DNA of 64,000 bases from an uncultured Methanomicrobiales archaeon (GTDB taxonomy: Archaea > Halobacteriota > Methanomicrobia > Methanomicrobiales > Methanospirillaceae), in assembly GCA_963697895.1 (NCBI GenBank), contig OY969100.1, positions 96,001-160,000 on the forward strand, read 5' to 3'. The notes under the pieces are model-generated. The model was not told the DNA's origin and did no database searches. It saw only the letters and a program-made list of their open reading frames with translations. The position numbers were made by a program, and so were the translations under genes. Positions 41,047 to 51,235 of this stretch are shown one piece after another; position 1 is the stretch's first letter; every line of letters begins with the position of its first letter.

Positions 41047-42768
41047 ATGAACAAAACGGTTGAACCCATCCTAATCGATCCGGATACCCCTATACGGAGA
41101 GTAATGGAAATAATCAACGAGGCACCTCATAAAGGTGCAGTTGCCGGAATAGCGTTGGTTGTGGACGAAGAAAAATATGTAAAGGGCGTGATCAGCGACG
41201 GGGATATCAGACGTGCCACCCTTCGGGGAGTGTCTCTTGACGCTCCGGCAGAGACCATCATGATAACGGATCCCATAACGGTCCTGCAGGGCCTGTCCGG
41301 CAGTGAAATGATCAAAGAAATCACCAGAAAACTGAATTCAACGGACAGGATAAAAAATAAGAAGATCGAAAAAGTCATTATCGTCGACGAATCCGGCAGG
41401 ATCGAAGATGTAATCACTATTTTCGATCTCTGGAAAAAAAATGAGATGAGTATAAAGAATATATGTGTCGTCGGTTTGGGATATGTCGGATTAACCCTTG
41501 CCGTATCCCTTGCAGACGTTGGTTTTACGGTCGTCGGCATCGATAAAAATTCCGCAGTCGTTCATACCCTGGGACAGGGAAAGCCCCATTTCCATGAACA
41601 AGGGCTCGATACCATCCTTAAATATCATATAAACAAGTCTTTCTCGGTACGTTCCACGTTTGATTCCATACAATCCGATGTCTATATCATCTGCGTCGAT
41701 ACCCCGGTCGATGAGTCCCATCGCCCCGATATGGAAAATCTGAAAAATGCGTGCGAATCGATAGGCAAAATAGTAAAAAGAGACGATCTGGTCATTTTGA
41801 GATCTACCGTCCCGATCGGGACATCGAGAGGCGTGATACCCCCCATTCTGGAAGAGGGATCGGGCATGACCTGTGGGACCGATTTCTTCCTGGCCTTTGC
41901 TCCCGAACGAACGCTGGCCGGCAAAGCGTTGGAGGAACTCAGGACACTCCCCCAGATAGTGGGAGGGTGGAACGAGATCAGTTCCGAGATGGCGTCCAAC
42001 ATCTTCAAAAGACTGACCCCGACCATTGTAACGGTAGACTCTCTCGAGGCCGCAGAAATGATCAAGTTAATGGACAACAGTTTCCGGGACCTCATCTTCG
42101 CGTTCTCGAATGAACTTGCACTGGTCTGCGACAAATTCAATCTGGACACCGTGAAAGCAATACGGGCGGCAAATGAAGGGTATTTAAGAAACCGGATACC
42201 GCTTCCCAGTCCGGGTGTCGGGGGCTCATGCCTGACCAAGGATCCTTATATCCTGATCCATAATGCCCTCCAAAAAGGGTATAATTTGAAATTAACCAGA
42301 AGTGCAAGGGAAATAAATGAATATATGCCTCTATTTATCGCAGAAAAAATTTTTGGTTTTTTAAAAGAGCACGAGATCGATATGTCCCGGGCAAAAATTT
42401 TTATCATGGGATTCGCGTTCAAGGGATCGGAAGAGACTTCGGATATTCGAAAGTCCCCCGCGATCGAGTTATTAGCGCACCTTCGCTCCATGAACCCGGG
42501 CTCAAACATCTTCGGGTACGATGCGGTCGTACAACAGGAGGTAATTCACCATCTCGGGGTGATCCCCTGTACTATCGATAAGGGGTTCGAGCAGGCCGAT
42601 GTCGTCGTGATAATGAATAACCACAAGTCCTTTTCGGGTATGGACATCTATGCCCACCTCGAGAAGATGAACAAACCCGGGCTCTTTTTCGACGGCTGGC
42701 ATACCTTTCCCAAGGAAGTCATCTCAAATGTCGAGGGCATTGTTTACGGAGGTCTGGGTGTTGAATGA
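41047..42768 (+). CDS. Nucleotide-sugar dehydrogenase (UDP-HexNAc/WecC-type) with an N-terminal CBS pair
   Basis: GVISDGDIRR CBS motif; GLGYVG, CVDTP, RSTVPIG, APER, GVGGSCLTKD, FKG..SDIRKSP. Confidence 0.92.
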   Translation: MNKTVEPILIDPDTPIRRVMEIINEAPHKGAVAGIALVVDEEKYVKGVISDGDIRRATLRGVSLDAPAETIMITDPITVLQGLSGSEMIKEITRKLNSTDRIKNKKIEKVIIVDESGRIEDVITIFDLWKKNEMSIKNICVVGLGYVGLTLAVSLADVGFTVVGIDKNSAVVHTLGQGKPHFHEQGLDTILKYHINKSFSVRSTFDSIQSDVYIICVDTPVDESHRPDMENLKNACESIGKIVKRDDLVILRSTVPIGTSRGVIPPILEEGSGMTCGTDFFLAFAPERTLAGKALEELRTLPQIVGGWNEISSEMASNIFKRLTPTIVTVDSLEAAEMIKLMDNSFRDLIFAFSNELALVCDKFNLDTVKAIRAANEGYLRNRIPLPSPGVGGSCLTKDPYILIHNALQKGYNLKLTRSAREINEYMPLFIAEKIFGFLKEHEIDMSRAKIFIMGFAFKGSEETSDIRKSPAIELLAHLRSMNPGSNIFGYDAVVQQEVIHHLGVIPCTIDKGFEQADVVVIMNNHKSFSGMDIYAHLEKMNKPGLFFDGWHTFPKEVISNVEGIVYGGLGVE

Positions 42769-43669
42769 TCCCTCCGGTCAGATCGGCGTCATAACGACCT
42801 TTTTTGGATATAAAGGAAAAATCCTCCCTAAGATTCGTTTATTATCGGAGATCTTCCTCTCCCTGGGCATCAGGCCGTACATCCAGCTCCACTCCGAGCC
42901 CTCTGAGGAGTTTGATCCTCTTGTTCACGAATTGATCTCGGTACAAAAAGAGTACGATATCAAGTACAGCATCCATCAGTCCCTGTGGCTGCCCCACAGC
43001 GATTTTTTCATCAATTTAGGAAGCAGCGACCCGGATATCAGGGAGGGTTCGATACGGGCTATGAAAAGGTCGATGGATCTTGCGGTCCTGATCGGTGCGA
43101 AGAATGTCAGTTTCCATGCAGGGTATGCAGCGAACGATATGCGACAAGGTTCCGAATTCGATACGCTCGTGCCGGTCGGTGAAATTCCCTATGAGATCGC
43201 GTATGAAAATGTAAACCGGGGACTTCGGGAGATAGTCGATTATCGTGATGAAGATATCCGGATCAGCATAGAAAATTTGTGCCATCGGCCCGGTAACCGG
43301 TATCTCTTTTCAGAACCCTCTGATTTTTTGCATCTGCCCGGCGGGGTGAATGTCCTCTTTGACATCGGTCATGCATATTATTCGGGTGCCCGGACGGACG
43401 ATCCCGGATACATCGACCGGTTTATACAGATAACCGGGGGAAAGATCTCGGAAATTCACGCGAGTGATAACGAGGGGATGGAGGACGAGCACAAGCTGGT
43501 CGGGTCTGGTTCCATTCCCTTTCCTGAAATATTCGGTACAATCAGAAAATTCCAGAGAATGCCGCCGGTCATCATCGAAGCGACCGGCCGGAGATATAAC
43601 TATTCGGATACCGACCTTAAAACCAGTATTATGCAGCTGAATGAGATGCTTTCAGGGGTGGGCGCATGA
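42728..43669 (+). CDS. Sugar-phosphate isomerase/epimerase, xylose-isomerase-like TIM barrel
   Basis: FHAG, SIENL, FDIGHA, IHASDN.G.DEH..G.G.I. The real start is probably near 42758-42761. Confidence 0.85.
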   Translation: MSRALFTEVWVLNDPSGQIGVITTFFGYKGKILPKIRLLSEIFLSLGIRPYIQLHSEPSEEFDPLVHELISVQKEYDIKYSIHQSLWLPHSDFFINLGSSDPDIREGSIRAMKRSMDLAVLIGAKNVSFHAGYAANDMRQGSEFDTLVPVGEIPYEIAYENVNRGLREIVDYRDEDIRISIENLCHRPGNRYLFSEPSDFLHLPGGVNVLFDIGHAYYSGARTDDPGYIDRFIQITGGKISEIHASDNEGMEDEHKLVGSGSIPFPEIFGTIRKFQRMPPVIIEATGRRYNYSDTDLKTSIMQLNEMLSGVGA

Positions 43670-44640
43670 ACCGGTCAGCAGATCCGCCGGTTACCATCAT
43701 CGCCGAACTCTGTCAGAATCACAAGGGGGATATCGATATCCTCAAAGAAATGGTGCGGGAATCAGCGAAGGCAGGCGCAACATATGCCAAAATACAGTCC
43801 ATGTATGCGGACGACCTCACGTTCAGGGAGAGGTTCGAGACAGGATTGATCAAAGACGGGAAAACCCTTACGATCAAGCGGCCGTTCCGGCAGGAATATG
43901 ACCGCCTCAGACCCATGGACCTCGATCCCGAAGCACACTGGATTTTTATCAGGGAATGTGAGCGGTATCACATAAAGCCCCTCACCACTGTTTTTTCCCG
44001 ATCGAGGATACCGTTTCTCGAACAATTCCCCTGGAACGAGATCAAAGTGGCAAGTTATGACTGTGCCAGTTTTCCCCTGATACGGGAATTAAAAGAGAGA
44101 TTCGGACACCTGTTCATCTCCACGGGTGCAACCTACGATCACGAGATCCGGAAAACCGCAGAGATACTGAAAAACCATGGTTATACGTTTCTTCACGGAG
44201 TGACCATTTATCCGACACCCCTCGATTCATTGAATCTTGCACGGATGGATTATTTGAGGCAATTCTCCCCGGCCGTCGGGTTCAGCGATCATACCCTGGT
44301 AGAAAGGGACGGGATAAACGCGTCCATTGTGGCGTTATATAGGGGAGCCGATCTTATTGAAAGACACTTCACCGTCCTCGACAAAACGGAAACCAAGGAC
44401 GGGCCCGTATCGATAAACCCGGACCAGCTGAAAGAACTGGTGGAATTTTCAAAAATGGATAAACATATGCTCAAATCTTATGTACAAAAAGAAATTCCGG
44501 ATTACCGGAGGATGATCGGTGACGGGAGATCGAACCTGACCCACGAGGAGTTATTGAACAGGGACTATTACCGGGGCCGTTTCGCCAGTAAGATCGATAA
44601 CGAGGTCGTGTACAACTATGACGAAAAAAGGGCCTTCTGA
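43666..44640 (+). CDS. neuB: NeuB-family (nonulosonic acid) synthase
   Basis: IIAELCQNHKG, KVAS, ISTG, YPT, GFSDHT, IERHFT. No evident C-terminal SAF domain. Confidence 0.9.
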   Translation: MNRSADPPVTIIAELCQNHKGDIDILKEMVRESAKAGATYAKIQSMYADDLTFRERFETGLIKDGKTLTIKRPFRQEYDRLRPMDLDPEAHWIFIRECERYHIKPLTTVFSRSRIPFLEQFPWNEIKVASYDCASFPLIRELKERFGHLFISTGATYDHEIRKTAEILKNHGYTFLHGVTIYPTPLDSLNLARMDYLRQFSPAVGFSDHTLVERDGINASIVALYRGADLIERHFTVLDKTETKDGPVSINPDQLKELVEFSKMDKHMLKSYVQKEIPDYRRMIGDGRSNLTHEELLNRDYYRGRFASKIDNEVVYNYDEKRAF

Positions 44641-45373
44641 CCGGAAAAACATCCTGGGGATCATTCCGGCACGCGGAGGGTCAAAAGGAGTTCCGAGAAA
44701 AAACATCAGGTTGTTGCATGGAATTCCTTTAATTGCGTATTCCATCTCTGAGGCAAAAAAATCACGGTATCTGAACCGGGTAGTCGTGTCGACCGAGGAC
44801 GCCGAGATTGCGGAGGTGGCGCAAAAGTGGGGGGCAGACATTGTTCTCCGCCCGGATGACCTTGCGGCTGATGATTCTCCGGTATTATTGGCATTAAAGC
44901 AGGTTGTCCTACACCTGTCGGAGAAGGAAGGATATGATGCGGATATCGTTGTCATGCTCCAGCCGACAACGCCATTCCGTAGAGCCCCCGATATTGATAA
45001 TGCTGTTGAATTGCTCTTAAAAACCAATGCGGATTCCGTGATCAGCGTTTGTGAGGCGCCCCATACCTGCAATCCCCACTGGGTAAGAAAAATCGTTGAC
45101 GGCAGGCTCCGTCCCTACACGGATCGGGACGAAGATCTTCACCCGATGAGACAGGATTTACCAAAGGTATACTGGCGGAACGGCCAGATATATGCGATGA
45201 AGAGATCGGTGCTGTTCGATAAAGACAGCCTGTACGGAGACGACTGCCGGCCGTATATCATGCCGAGGAATTTCCATATCAATATCGACGAGGAACTGGA
45301 CCTTCTGCTTGCCGGACTGATCATTGAAAAAGGACTGATTGAAATTGACAAACCGGAAATGGTTTCCCGGTAG
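44618..45373 (+). CDS. neuA: Acylneuraminate cytidylyltransferase
   Basis: IPARGGSKGVPRKN, VSTED, LQPTTPFR, RQDLP, NG.IY, NIDE. Confidence 0.94.
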   Translation: MTKKGPSDRKNILGIIPARGGSKGVPRKNIRLLHGIPLIAYSISEAKKSRYLNRVVVSTEDAEIAEVAQKWGADIVLRPDDLAADDSPVLLALKQVVLHLSEKEGYDADIVVMLQPTTPFRRAPDIDNAVELLLKTNADSVISVCEAPHTCNPHWVRKIVDGRLRPYTDRDEDLHPMRQDLPKVYWRNGQIYAMKRSVLFDKDSLYGDDCRPYIMPRNFHINIDEELDLLLAGLIIEKGLIEIDKPEMVSR

Positions 45374-45706
45374 GCCTCGAGGTCGAGGAGCGGCGAGGTG
45401 ATACGATACCGTATGAATCGATTTTGATATCTGACCGGAAATACGGATATTGCTCCTTCGCTTTCCTCTGTATTCTTCATCTGGGAACATATTGAGGGAA
45501 GAAAACCCCGTACCCCTTCACCGGCATTATACGAAAAACCAGGAGACCCGGGATGGAGGGTCCTGAATTCTCCGGCATAAAAAGGGTCTCAGGTCTCTCA
45601 GACCGGCGGGTAATACGTCCATCATAAGGTGAGAATGGTACCCCCCGGCTGAATGGAGGTGAGAAAGAGGGAGATGCGATAAAAGGAGATAAATCGCGAA
45701 CGCTCT

Positions 45707-46285
45707 TTAAGCCCGGTATCCGAGTATCTTTCCCGGGTTTCCTGCCACGATCGCATTGTCGGGAACTTCTTTCACCACTACCGCACCCGCGCCGATAACA
45801 GCATTTTTCCCTATCCTGCCGACGTTCGGAAGAATTATGCATCTCTCGAGTAATATTGCCCCTTCCTCGATCACGGTCTTCTTCAACAGGACCTCTTTTT
45901 CCGTCAGGGAACGGTACTGGTGATCGTGCGTGAGTATGGAGACATCATTCGTGATCAGGACATTGTCTTTTATCACCAGTTCTCCCCTGATGTCCAGTCG
46001 CACGTTATTCCGGATGGTCACCCCGTCTCCCAGGATAAGCGTACCGTTGCCATCGATCCGGACACCATCTCCGATCAATGCGAATTTCGATTCGATGGGA
46101 AGTTTGTAGGGGCTTCTCGGCAGGATCAGTCTGCCGCGTGCGTACACGGTTCCCCGTATCCGTGAACGTATCCAGGAATTCCGAAGCGTATTGAAGACGG
46201 GAAGATCCGGAGAGGTGAGCAGTTCCATGAATCCGTTATACAAACGGATCGAAAATAACCGGTAATTTCTTCCCCTGCTTTTCAT
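45707..46285 (-). CDS. Hexapeptide-repeat O-acyltransferase
   Basis: ILTHDH, IGKNAVIGAGAVVVKEVP, AGNPGK. Confidence 0.9.
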   Translation of the reverse strand: MKSRGRNYRLFSIRLYNGFMELLTSPDLPVFNTLRNSWIRSRIRGTVYARGRLILPRSPYKLPIESKFALIGDGVRIDGNGTLILGDGVTIRNNVRLDIRGELVIKDNVLITNDVSILTHDHQYRSLTEKEVLLKKTVIEEGAILLERCIILPNVGRIGKNAVIGAGAVVVKEVPDNAIVAGNPGKILGYRA

Positions 46286-46306
46286 CTTACCTCACTCTCG
46301 TAAACA

Positions 46307-47476
46307 TCAGTATCCACCATGTTCCGGTCTCCGGTCGGGCCCGCCTGGCGGTGACCCTCCGGCGACGCGCCGGTAATACGCCTCCGCGAGGTCGGTGATC
46401 CGCTCCCAGTCGTAGGGTCCGGTGAACGCGATCGCGTGCGGCCGCATCTCCGGTGCACGGGCCAATGCTTTACGGATGGCGACCGCGAGCGCCGGCGCCG
46501 TCGGGGCGCAGAGGACCCCCTGGTCCGCGGTGACAAAGTCCTTTGCCGCATTCTGCGGGTGATCCGCGGTGACCAGGACGAGGCCGCAGGCCAGGGCCTC
46601 GAGCGCCGCGATGCCGAACCCCTCGCGGGTGGAAGGGAATGCAAAGACGGTCGCGGATTTCATCCGGGAGATCACCGCGTCGTGGGTCGGAAGCATGCCG
46701 GTGAACGTGACCTGCCCTGCAACCTGCAACGTCCGGGCGAGCGCCTCCAGCCGTTCCCGTTCCGGACCGTCCCCGATGATCAGGCAGCGGATGCCGGGGA
46801 GTTCCGCCGCACACGACGCGACCGCCTCGATCAGGAGGTCGACATGCTTCTCCGGGATGAGCCGCCCGGCAAACAGGACATCGACCGGGTCCGGCGAGGC
46901 GGGCAGTGCGAGGATCCGTTCCCGGTCGATCCCGTTCGGGATGATCGCGCTCTCCTGCCCGGAGAGTTCCCAAAGAGCCCGGGCAGTGAGGGGGGAAGCC
47001 GAGACCGCATGGGGAGAGATACCCGCCACCACCCGTTCGATTGCTTTTCCAAACGCCCCCCATCTCCCGAGGTATTCGTACCAGTACTCCCCCCATACCT
47101 CGTGCCAGGTGATCACGAGGGGCGTCCTCCGGAGAACCGCACTCAGTTTCGCTCCGAATACCGAGAAGAAGGGAAAGTGCTGGCAGTCGATCAGGTCGAA
47201 TCTCCGGGAAACAAGCGGGATCACGACGGCCCACCCGAAGAGGATCGCTTCCCCGATGGACCGTCTCCCGTCGCGGTACAGGGGCATCTCCGGGCAGACC
47301 CCGTGGAGCGTCACCCCCTCACGGGTGATGGTTGTGGCGCCGACCCAGCAGTGCATCCCGAAGAGGTGCACCTCGTGCCCTCGTCCTGCGAGCCGCTTCG
47401 CCACCTCCCAGATCCGCAGCTGCACCCCGCCCGGTATCTCGGGATATACCGCATCGTAGACGTAGGCGATCCGCAT
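46307..47476 (-). CDS. GT4 glycosyltransferase
   Basis: YDAVYP..GG, IPNGID, FAGRLIPEK, REGFGIAALEA. Confidence 0.94.
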   Translation of the reverse strand: MRIAYVYDAVYPEIPGGVQLRIWEVAKRLAGRGHEVHLFGMHCWVGATTITREGVTLHGVCPEMPLYRDGRRSIGEAILFGWAVVIPLVSRRFDLIDCQHFPFFSVFGAKLSAVLRRTPLVITWHEVWGEYWYEYLGRWGAFGKAIERVVAGISPHAVSASPLTARALWELSGQESAIIPNGIDRERILALPASPDPVDVLFAGRLIPEKHVDLLIEAVASCAAELPGIRCLIIGDGPERERLEALARTLQVAGQVTFTGMLPTHDAVISRMKSATVFAFPSTREGFGIAALEALACGLVLVTADHPQNAAKDFVTADQGVLCAPTAPALAVAIRKALARAPEMRPHAIAFTGPYDWERITDLAEAYYRRVAGGSPPGGPDRRPEHGGY

Positions 47477-47488
47477 CGCTCCCCCCGT

Positions 47489-48655
47489 TCAGGACTCCGG
47501 CAGGTTCATCCGCATCATGCTCACAAAGATGGCAAAGAAGATGATCTGCACCCCGATGCTGATCCCGGCAAGGGAGAGGATCGCGTTTGCGATCTCGGAG
47601 AGAGACCCGTACCCGGACTGGATCCACTCGGAGATGATCGAGAACCCGAGCACGATCCCGAGCAGGATCAGCAGGCCCCCGAGGAGGAGAAACCGTTCCA
47701 GGTTATGATACCGGAGGATCACCTCCGTGACCCTGCTCCGCTCCCCGTACCCGTGGATCTCGGAATACACGTCGATCATCGCCCCGGTCAGGAACGCCTG
47801 GACGCCCGCCACCAGGAGAAAACCGCCGAGGATGACGGTGTGGGCGTGCGTCTCGGCCGATCCGAGGGCGAGAAGACTGATCAGGGCGATCCCGATGAGG
47901 GCGAAGATCAGCCCGGGGACCGCGATGAACGGGATCGGTTTTAGGAGCAGAATGAACCGCACGTGCCGCCACCCGTCGGCAAAGGAATGCAGATTTGACG
48001 GGCTCTTCCGGGGATGATAGTGAATCGGGACCTCCTCTATCCGGAGATGCTCCCGGTTCGCCGCGACGAGCATCTCAGATGCGAACTCCATCCCCGACGA
48101 AGTCAGGCGGAGCCGCTCCAGGGCCTCCCGCCGGATCGCCCGGTACCCGCTGTGGGTATCGGTAAACTGCGTGTGAAAGATCCGGTTCAGGAGCCAGGTG
48201 AGCAGGGGGTTTCCGATGTACCGGTGCAGCCATGTCATCGACCCCGGATCCATCTTCCCGGTGAAGCGGGACCCGATCACGAGGTCGGCTCCCCGGGAGA
48301 GCGGGGAGACGAGGGCGGGAAGTTCGGAGAAGTCGTACGTCCCGTCGGCGTCTCCCATGACGACGTAATCCCCCCGGGCACGCCCGAATCCCGCGATATA
48401 GGCGTTCCCGTACCCCCGTGCCCCGGGATGGATCACCACCGCCCCGAGCGATCGGGCGATCTCCGGGGTCCGGTCGGTGGAAGAATCGGCAACGATGATC
48501 TCCCCGGAGATCCCGTTCTCCCGGAACGCCTGCTGAATCGCCTGGATACAGGGACCGATCGTCTGCTCCTCGTTCAGCGACGGGAGGACGACCGATACGG
48601 TCCCTTTCATCCCTGCCGGGGCCGGCTGATCTCCTTCATGGTTCATCCGCACCAC
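47489..48655 (-). CDS. GT2 dolichol-phosphate glycosyltransferase (DPM1-like)
   Basis: VLPSLNEE, RGYGNA, MGDADGTY, IGSRF, GMEFASEM; C-terminal TM helices. Confidence 0.93.
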   Translation of the reverse strand: MVRMNHEGDQPAPAGMKGTVSVVLPSLNEEQTIGPCIQAIQQAFRENGISGEIIVADSSTDRTPEIARSLGAVVIHPGARGYGNAYIAGFGRARGDYVVMGDADGTYDFSELPALVSPLSRGADLVIGSRFTGKMDPGSMTWLHRYIGNPLLTWLLNRIFHTQFTDTHSGYRAIRREALERLRLTSSGMEFASEMLVAANREHLRIEEVPIHYHPRKSPSNLHSFADGWRHVRFILLLKPIPFIAVPGLIFALIGIALISLLALGSAETHAHTVILGGFLLVAGVQAFLTGAMIDVYSEIHGYGERSRVTEVILRYHNLERFLLLGGLLILLGIVLGFSIISEWIQSGYGSLSEIANAILSLAGISIGVQIIFFAIFVSMMRMNLPES

Positions 48656-48670
48656 CCGTGCCGGGAAGGA

Positions 48671-51235
48671 TCACGGGACCTGCAGCCCCTTCCGCACGTC
48701 GTCTTCCGTCACCTGGTACGTCGTCCCGGTGCCGGCGATCCGGTACGGCCCGAGCGCCCGCACCCCGGTCCCGGTATCGATGGTCGGGTACGGCACGATG
48801 AACTCCCCGTTCTCGCTCTGCTGCCGGTAGGTAAACTGCCTCCCCTCGTTCGTTTCCAGGGAGAGCTCGATGATGCCGTCCCCCCGGATGTGCGCCCCCT
48901 CCACGATCTCGAAGATCTTGACCGCCTGTATCGGCGCCAGCCCGGGCTGCCGTGCATTGGTCGGGGACTCGTAGACGAGGCGGAAATGCCTGAGCGCGGG
49001 AATCACGTCCACGGGCTGGTCCACGAACCCGCTGACCGCGATGGCTCCGGAATCCCCGGTAAGCCCCGACTGTACGGCCTTCGCACGCGCTTCTCCTGCC
49101 GGGAGCTTCTCCATCGTGGTGACAACCGGGTAGGGCACTCCGGCTTCCCGCGTATATTCAACATAGAACGCCGTGTCCGGAACGACCATGCTCCCGTCGA
49201 AGTTGTGGAGCCGGGTGGACATGGCGAGGAAGAACGGTTGCGCAAAGAACTGGAGAACTTTCGTATCCCCGGAAGCCTGAGGCTGGATCATGATGGGTGT
49301 AAAGTCCTCCCAGGTGAAGCCCCGCGGGATGGACTGATTCCCGAGGACCAGCGTCGTGACGTACCCGTAATCGGTGACCACGTAACGACTCCCGAGGGCG
49401 GATGAGACATTCAGGGCGGTATTCTCGTCCTGTGCGAAGAGGAACTGGTAGACGTTGTTCCGCCCCGTAACATGATCCTGGAACGGGTTTGCATTCGGGA
49501 TACGCTGCGCGATGTACGTGATCCAGTGCCCCGCCGGCCACCGGGCGAGTACGCCGTAGGCGGTATCCGGATACTGGAACGTGTCCTTATCGTAGATCCG
49601 GTAATAGTCGACCCCCGTCTCCGGGGTATGGGTACCCATCCACGTCGTCGCCGCGACCCAGTCGGCCGGGATCATATCGGATGCCTGCCCCTGGTGGTTC
49701 GCGATGATCACCGAGGTGGTGGCCGAGAGCACCGCAAAGAGCACCAGCAGGACCAGCGCGATGATCGCGACGGCCGCCCGGACCCCGGACGGCTTCTCCA
49801 CGGAGGGGGCCTCTTTCCGGGGCTTTCCCTTCTGCTTCGGGGTTTTCTCCCCCCCGGAACGCCGGAGGAGGCGGCGGATGTCTCCTCCCCCCCATGACCA
49901 TGCCGCAGTGACCGCGAGCGCGGAGAGGAGGACCACCGGCACGGCCAGGTAATATTCGTACCGGAGGTGCTGGATCGTCGAGAAGAGCACCACTGCGCCC
50001 CATACGAGCACGAACATGGCCTCCGCACGGCGGGTCCGGTATATTTCATACAGGAGGACGAAAAATCCCCCTGCCATAAGGATGAGACCGACGTTGAAGA
50101 CTGCCACGGCCCGGGTCAGGTCCCAGGGCTGGAGCTCCGCGACATAATACGGCTGCCCGATGTTCGCGAAGAAGACGCCTGCCGACTGGACCATCAGCTG
50201 CCCGAACTCCGGCAGGACCACGAGGGGGATGCCGATCGCAAGGAGCGCCGCCGCGATGAGGAATACGATAAAAAGGAGCTGTTTTTTCCGGAACACCCGG
50301 GTGAGGGCATACAGGACGGCCGTCACAACTATCAGGATCAGGTACACGTACACGTGCGCCATCGAATACAGGGAGAGGGAGAGCAAGGAACTCTTCGCGC
50401 CGAAGAGGAGGAACCCGATGATGACGATCCCGAAGATCGTCGCGTTCATGAAGAGGAGGTATGCGGTGGACCGCTCCCGGAAATAATCGGCGATCCCCTG
50501 GGCCAGGGTGAATATACCCACGATGAGGGCGAAGAGGACGATCGTCGGCATGTTCAGCAGACCGAGAAGGTAGGCGATACCCGCAAGGACAGAGAGGAGG
50601 AGGGGGGTCGTCAATGTCCGGAGGTCCTTTGTCGTCATCTCCTTCCAGCCGGGGTACCGGAGGAGGGCGATGTAGATGAGGGCAAAGATGGTGGAGAAGA
50701 GGACCTCCATGATATGGTGGTCCACGTACCCGAAGAAGCCCCGGTACATGTATTCCCCGGCGACCACGGCGATCAGGCCGGCCGCGATCAGGCCGGTCCA
50801 CTTGTCCCGGAGCACCCGCCCGGTCAGGTACATCACCGGGACCATCAGGGCCGCGAGGATGACCGGGAAGATCGAGGCGACATATGCCGCTTCAGGGCGG
50901 GTCGTTGCCCCGAACAGGAGACAGAACGCGGCGGCCGAGACCGGAAAGAGCGGCCCCCAGTCGATGATCTTCCCGTCGGGGTACGCAGTCATCGGGTCGA
51001 ACCAGGCATAACCCGGGAAGTTGTGGATCACCTGGTCGATCTGGCGCATCATGAACCAGGGATCGGTTGAGATGAGCCGCACCTGGCCGTCGATGACGAG
51101 CGAAGCGGCAGGGAGCATGCGGATCGCGACCGCCACGGCAATGAACAGGAGGAGCAGGAGGGGTACGATGTACTTCCGGAGCGCCGGAGATAAACCCGTT
51201 TTCGCGGGTTCCGGGGGTTTCGTCGGGTCGGGAAT
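48671..51235 (-). CDS. aglB: Oligosaccharyltransferase STT3/AglB-like with a non-canonical WWDYG motif
   Basis: STDPW, FDPMTAYP.G, DHH, VAE, RYEYY, W...TP and GHWITYIAQRIPNANPFQ; many TM helices. The frame extends upstream of GTG 51136 to ATT 51235. Confidence 0.93.
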   Translation of the reverse strand: MPDPTKPPEPAKTGLSPALRKYIVPLLLLLFIAVAVAIRMLPAASLVIDGQVRLISTDPWFMMRQIDQVIHNFPGYAWFDPMTAYPDGKIIDWGPLFPVSAAAFCLLFGATTRPEAAYVASIFPVILAALMVPVMYLTGRVLRDKWTGLIAAGLIAVVAGEYMYRGFFGYVDHHIMEVLFSTIFALIYIALLRYPGWKEMTTKDLRTLTTPLLLSVLAGIAYLLGLLNMPTIVLFALIVGIFTLAQGIADYFRERSTAYLLFMNATIFGIVIIGFLLFGAKSSLLSLSLYSMAHVYVYLILIVVTAVLYALTRVFRKKQLLFIVFLIAAALLAIGIPLVVLPEFGQLMVQSAGVFFANIGQPYYVAELQPWDLTRAVAVFNVGLILMAGGFFVLLYEIYRTRRAEAMFVLVWGAVVLFSTIQHLRYEYYLAVPVVLLSALAVTAAWSWGGGDIRRLLRRSGGEKTPKQKGKPRKEAPSVEKPSGVRAAVAIIALVLLVLFAVLSATTSVIIANHQGQASDMIPADWVAATTWMGTHTPETGVDYYRIYDKDTFQYPDTAYGVLARWPAGHWITYIAQRIPNANPFQDHVTGRNNVYQFLFAQDENTALNVSSALGSRYVVTDYGYVTTLVLGNQSIPRGFTWEDFTPIMIQPQASGDTKVLQFFAQPFFLAMSTRLHNFDGSMVVPDTAFYVEYTREAGVPYPVVTTMEKLPAGEARAKAVQSGLTGDSGAIAVSGFVDQPVDVIPALRHFRLVYESPTNARQPGLAPIQAVKIFEIVEGAHIRGDGIIELSLETNEGRQFTYRQQSENGEFIVPYPTIDTGTGVRALGPYRIAGTGTTYQVTEDDVRKGLQVP

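Noticed and set aside
17000-51200. Many long overlapping or antisense ORFs (e.g. 20806-22164 +, 46436-47944 +, 48014-49405 +, 30431-31819 -)
   Set aside because: Shadow frames of GC-rich genes; low-complexity R/P/G translations with no motifs.
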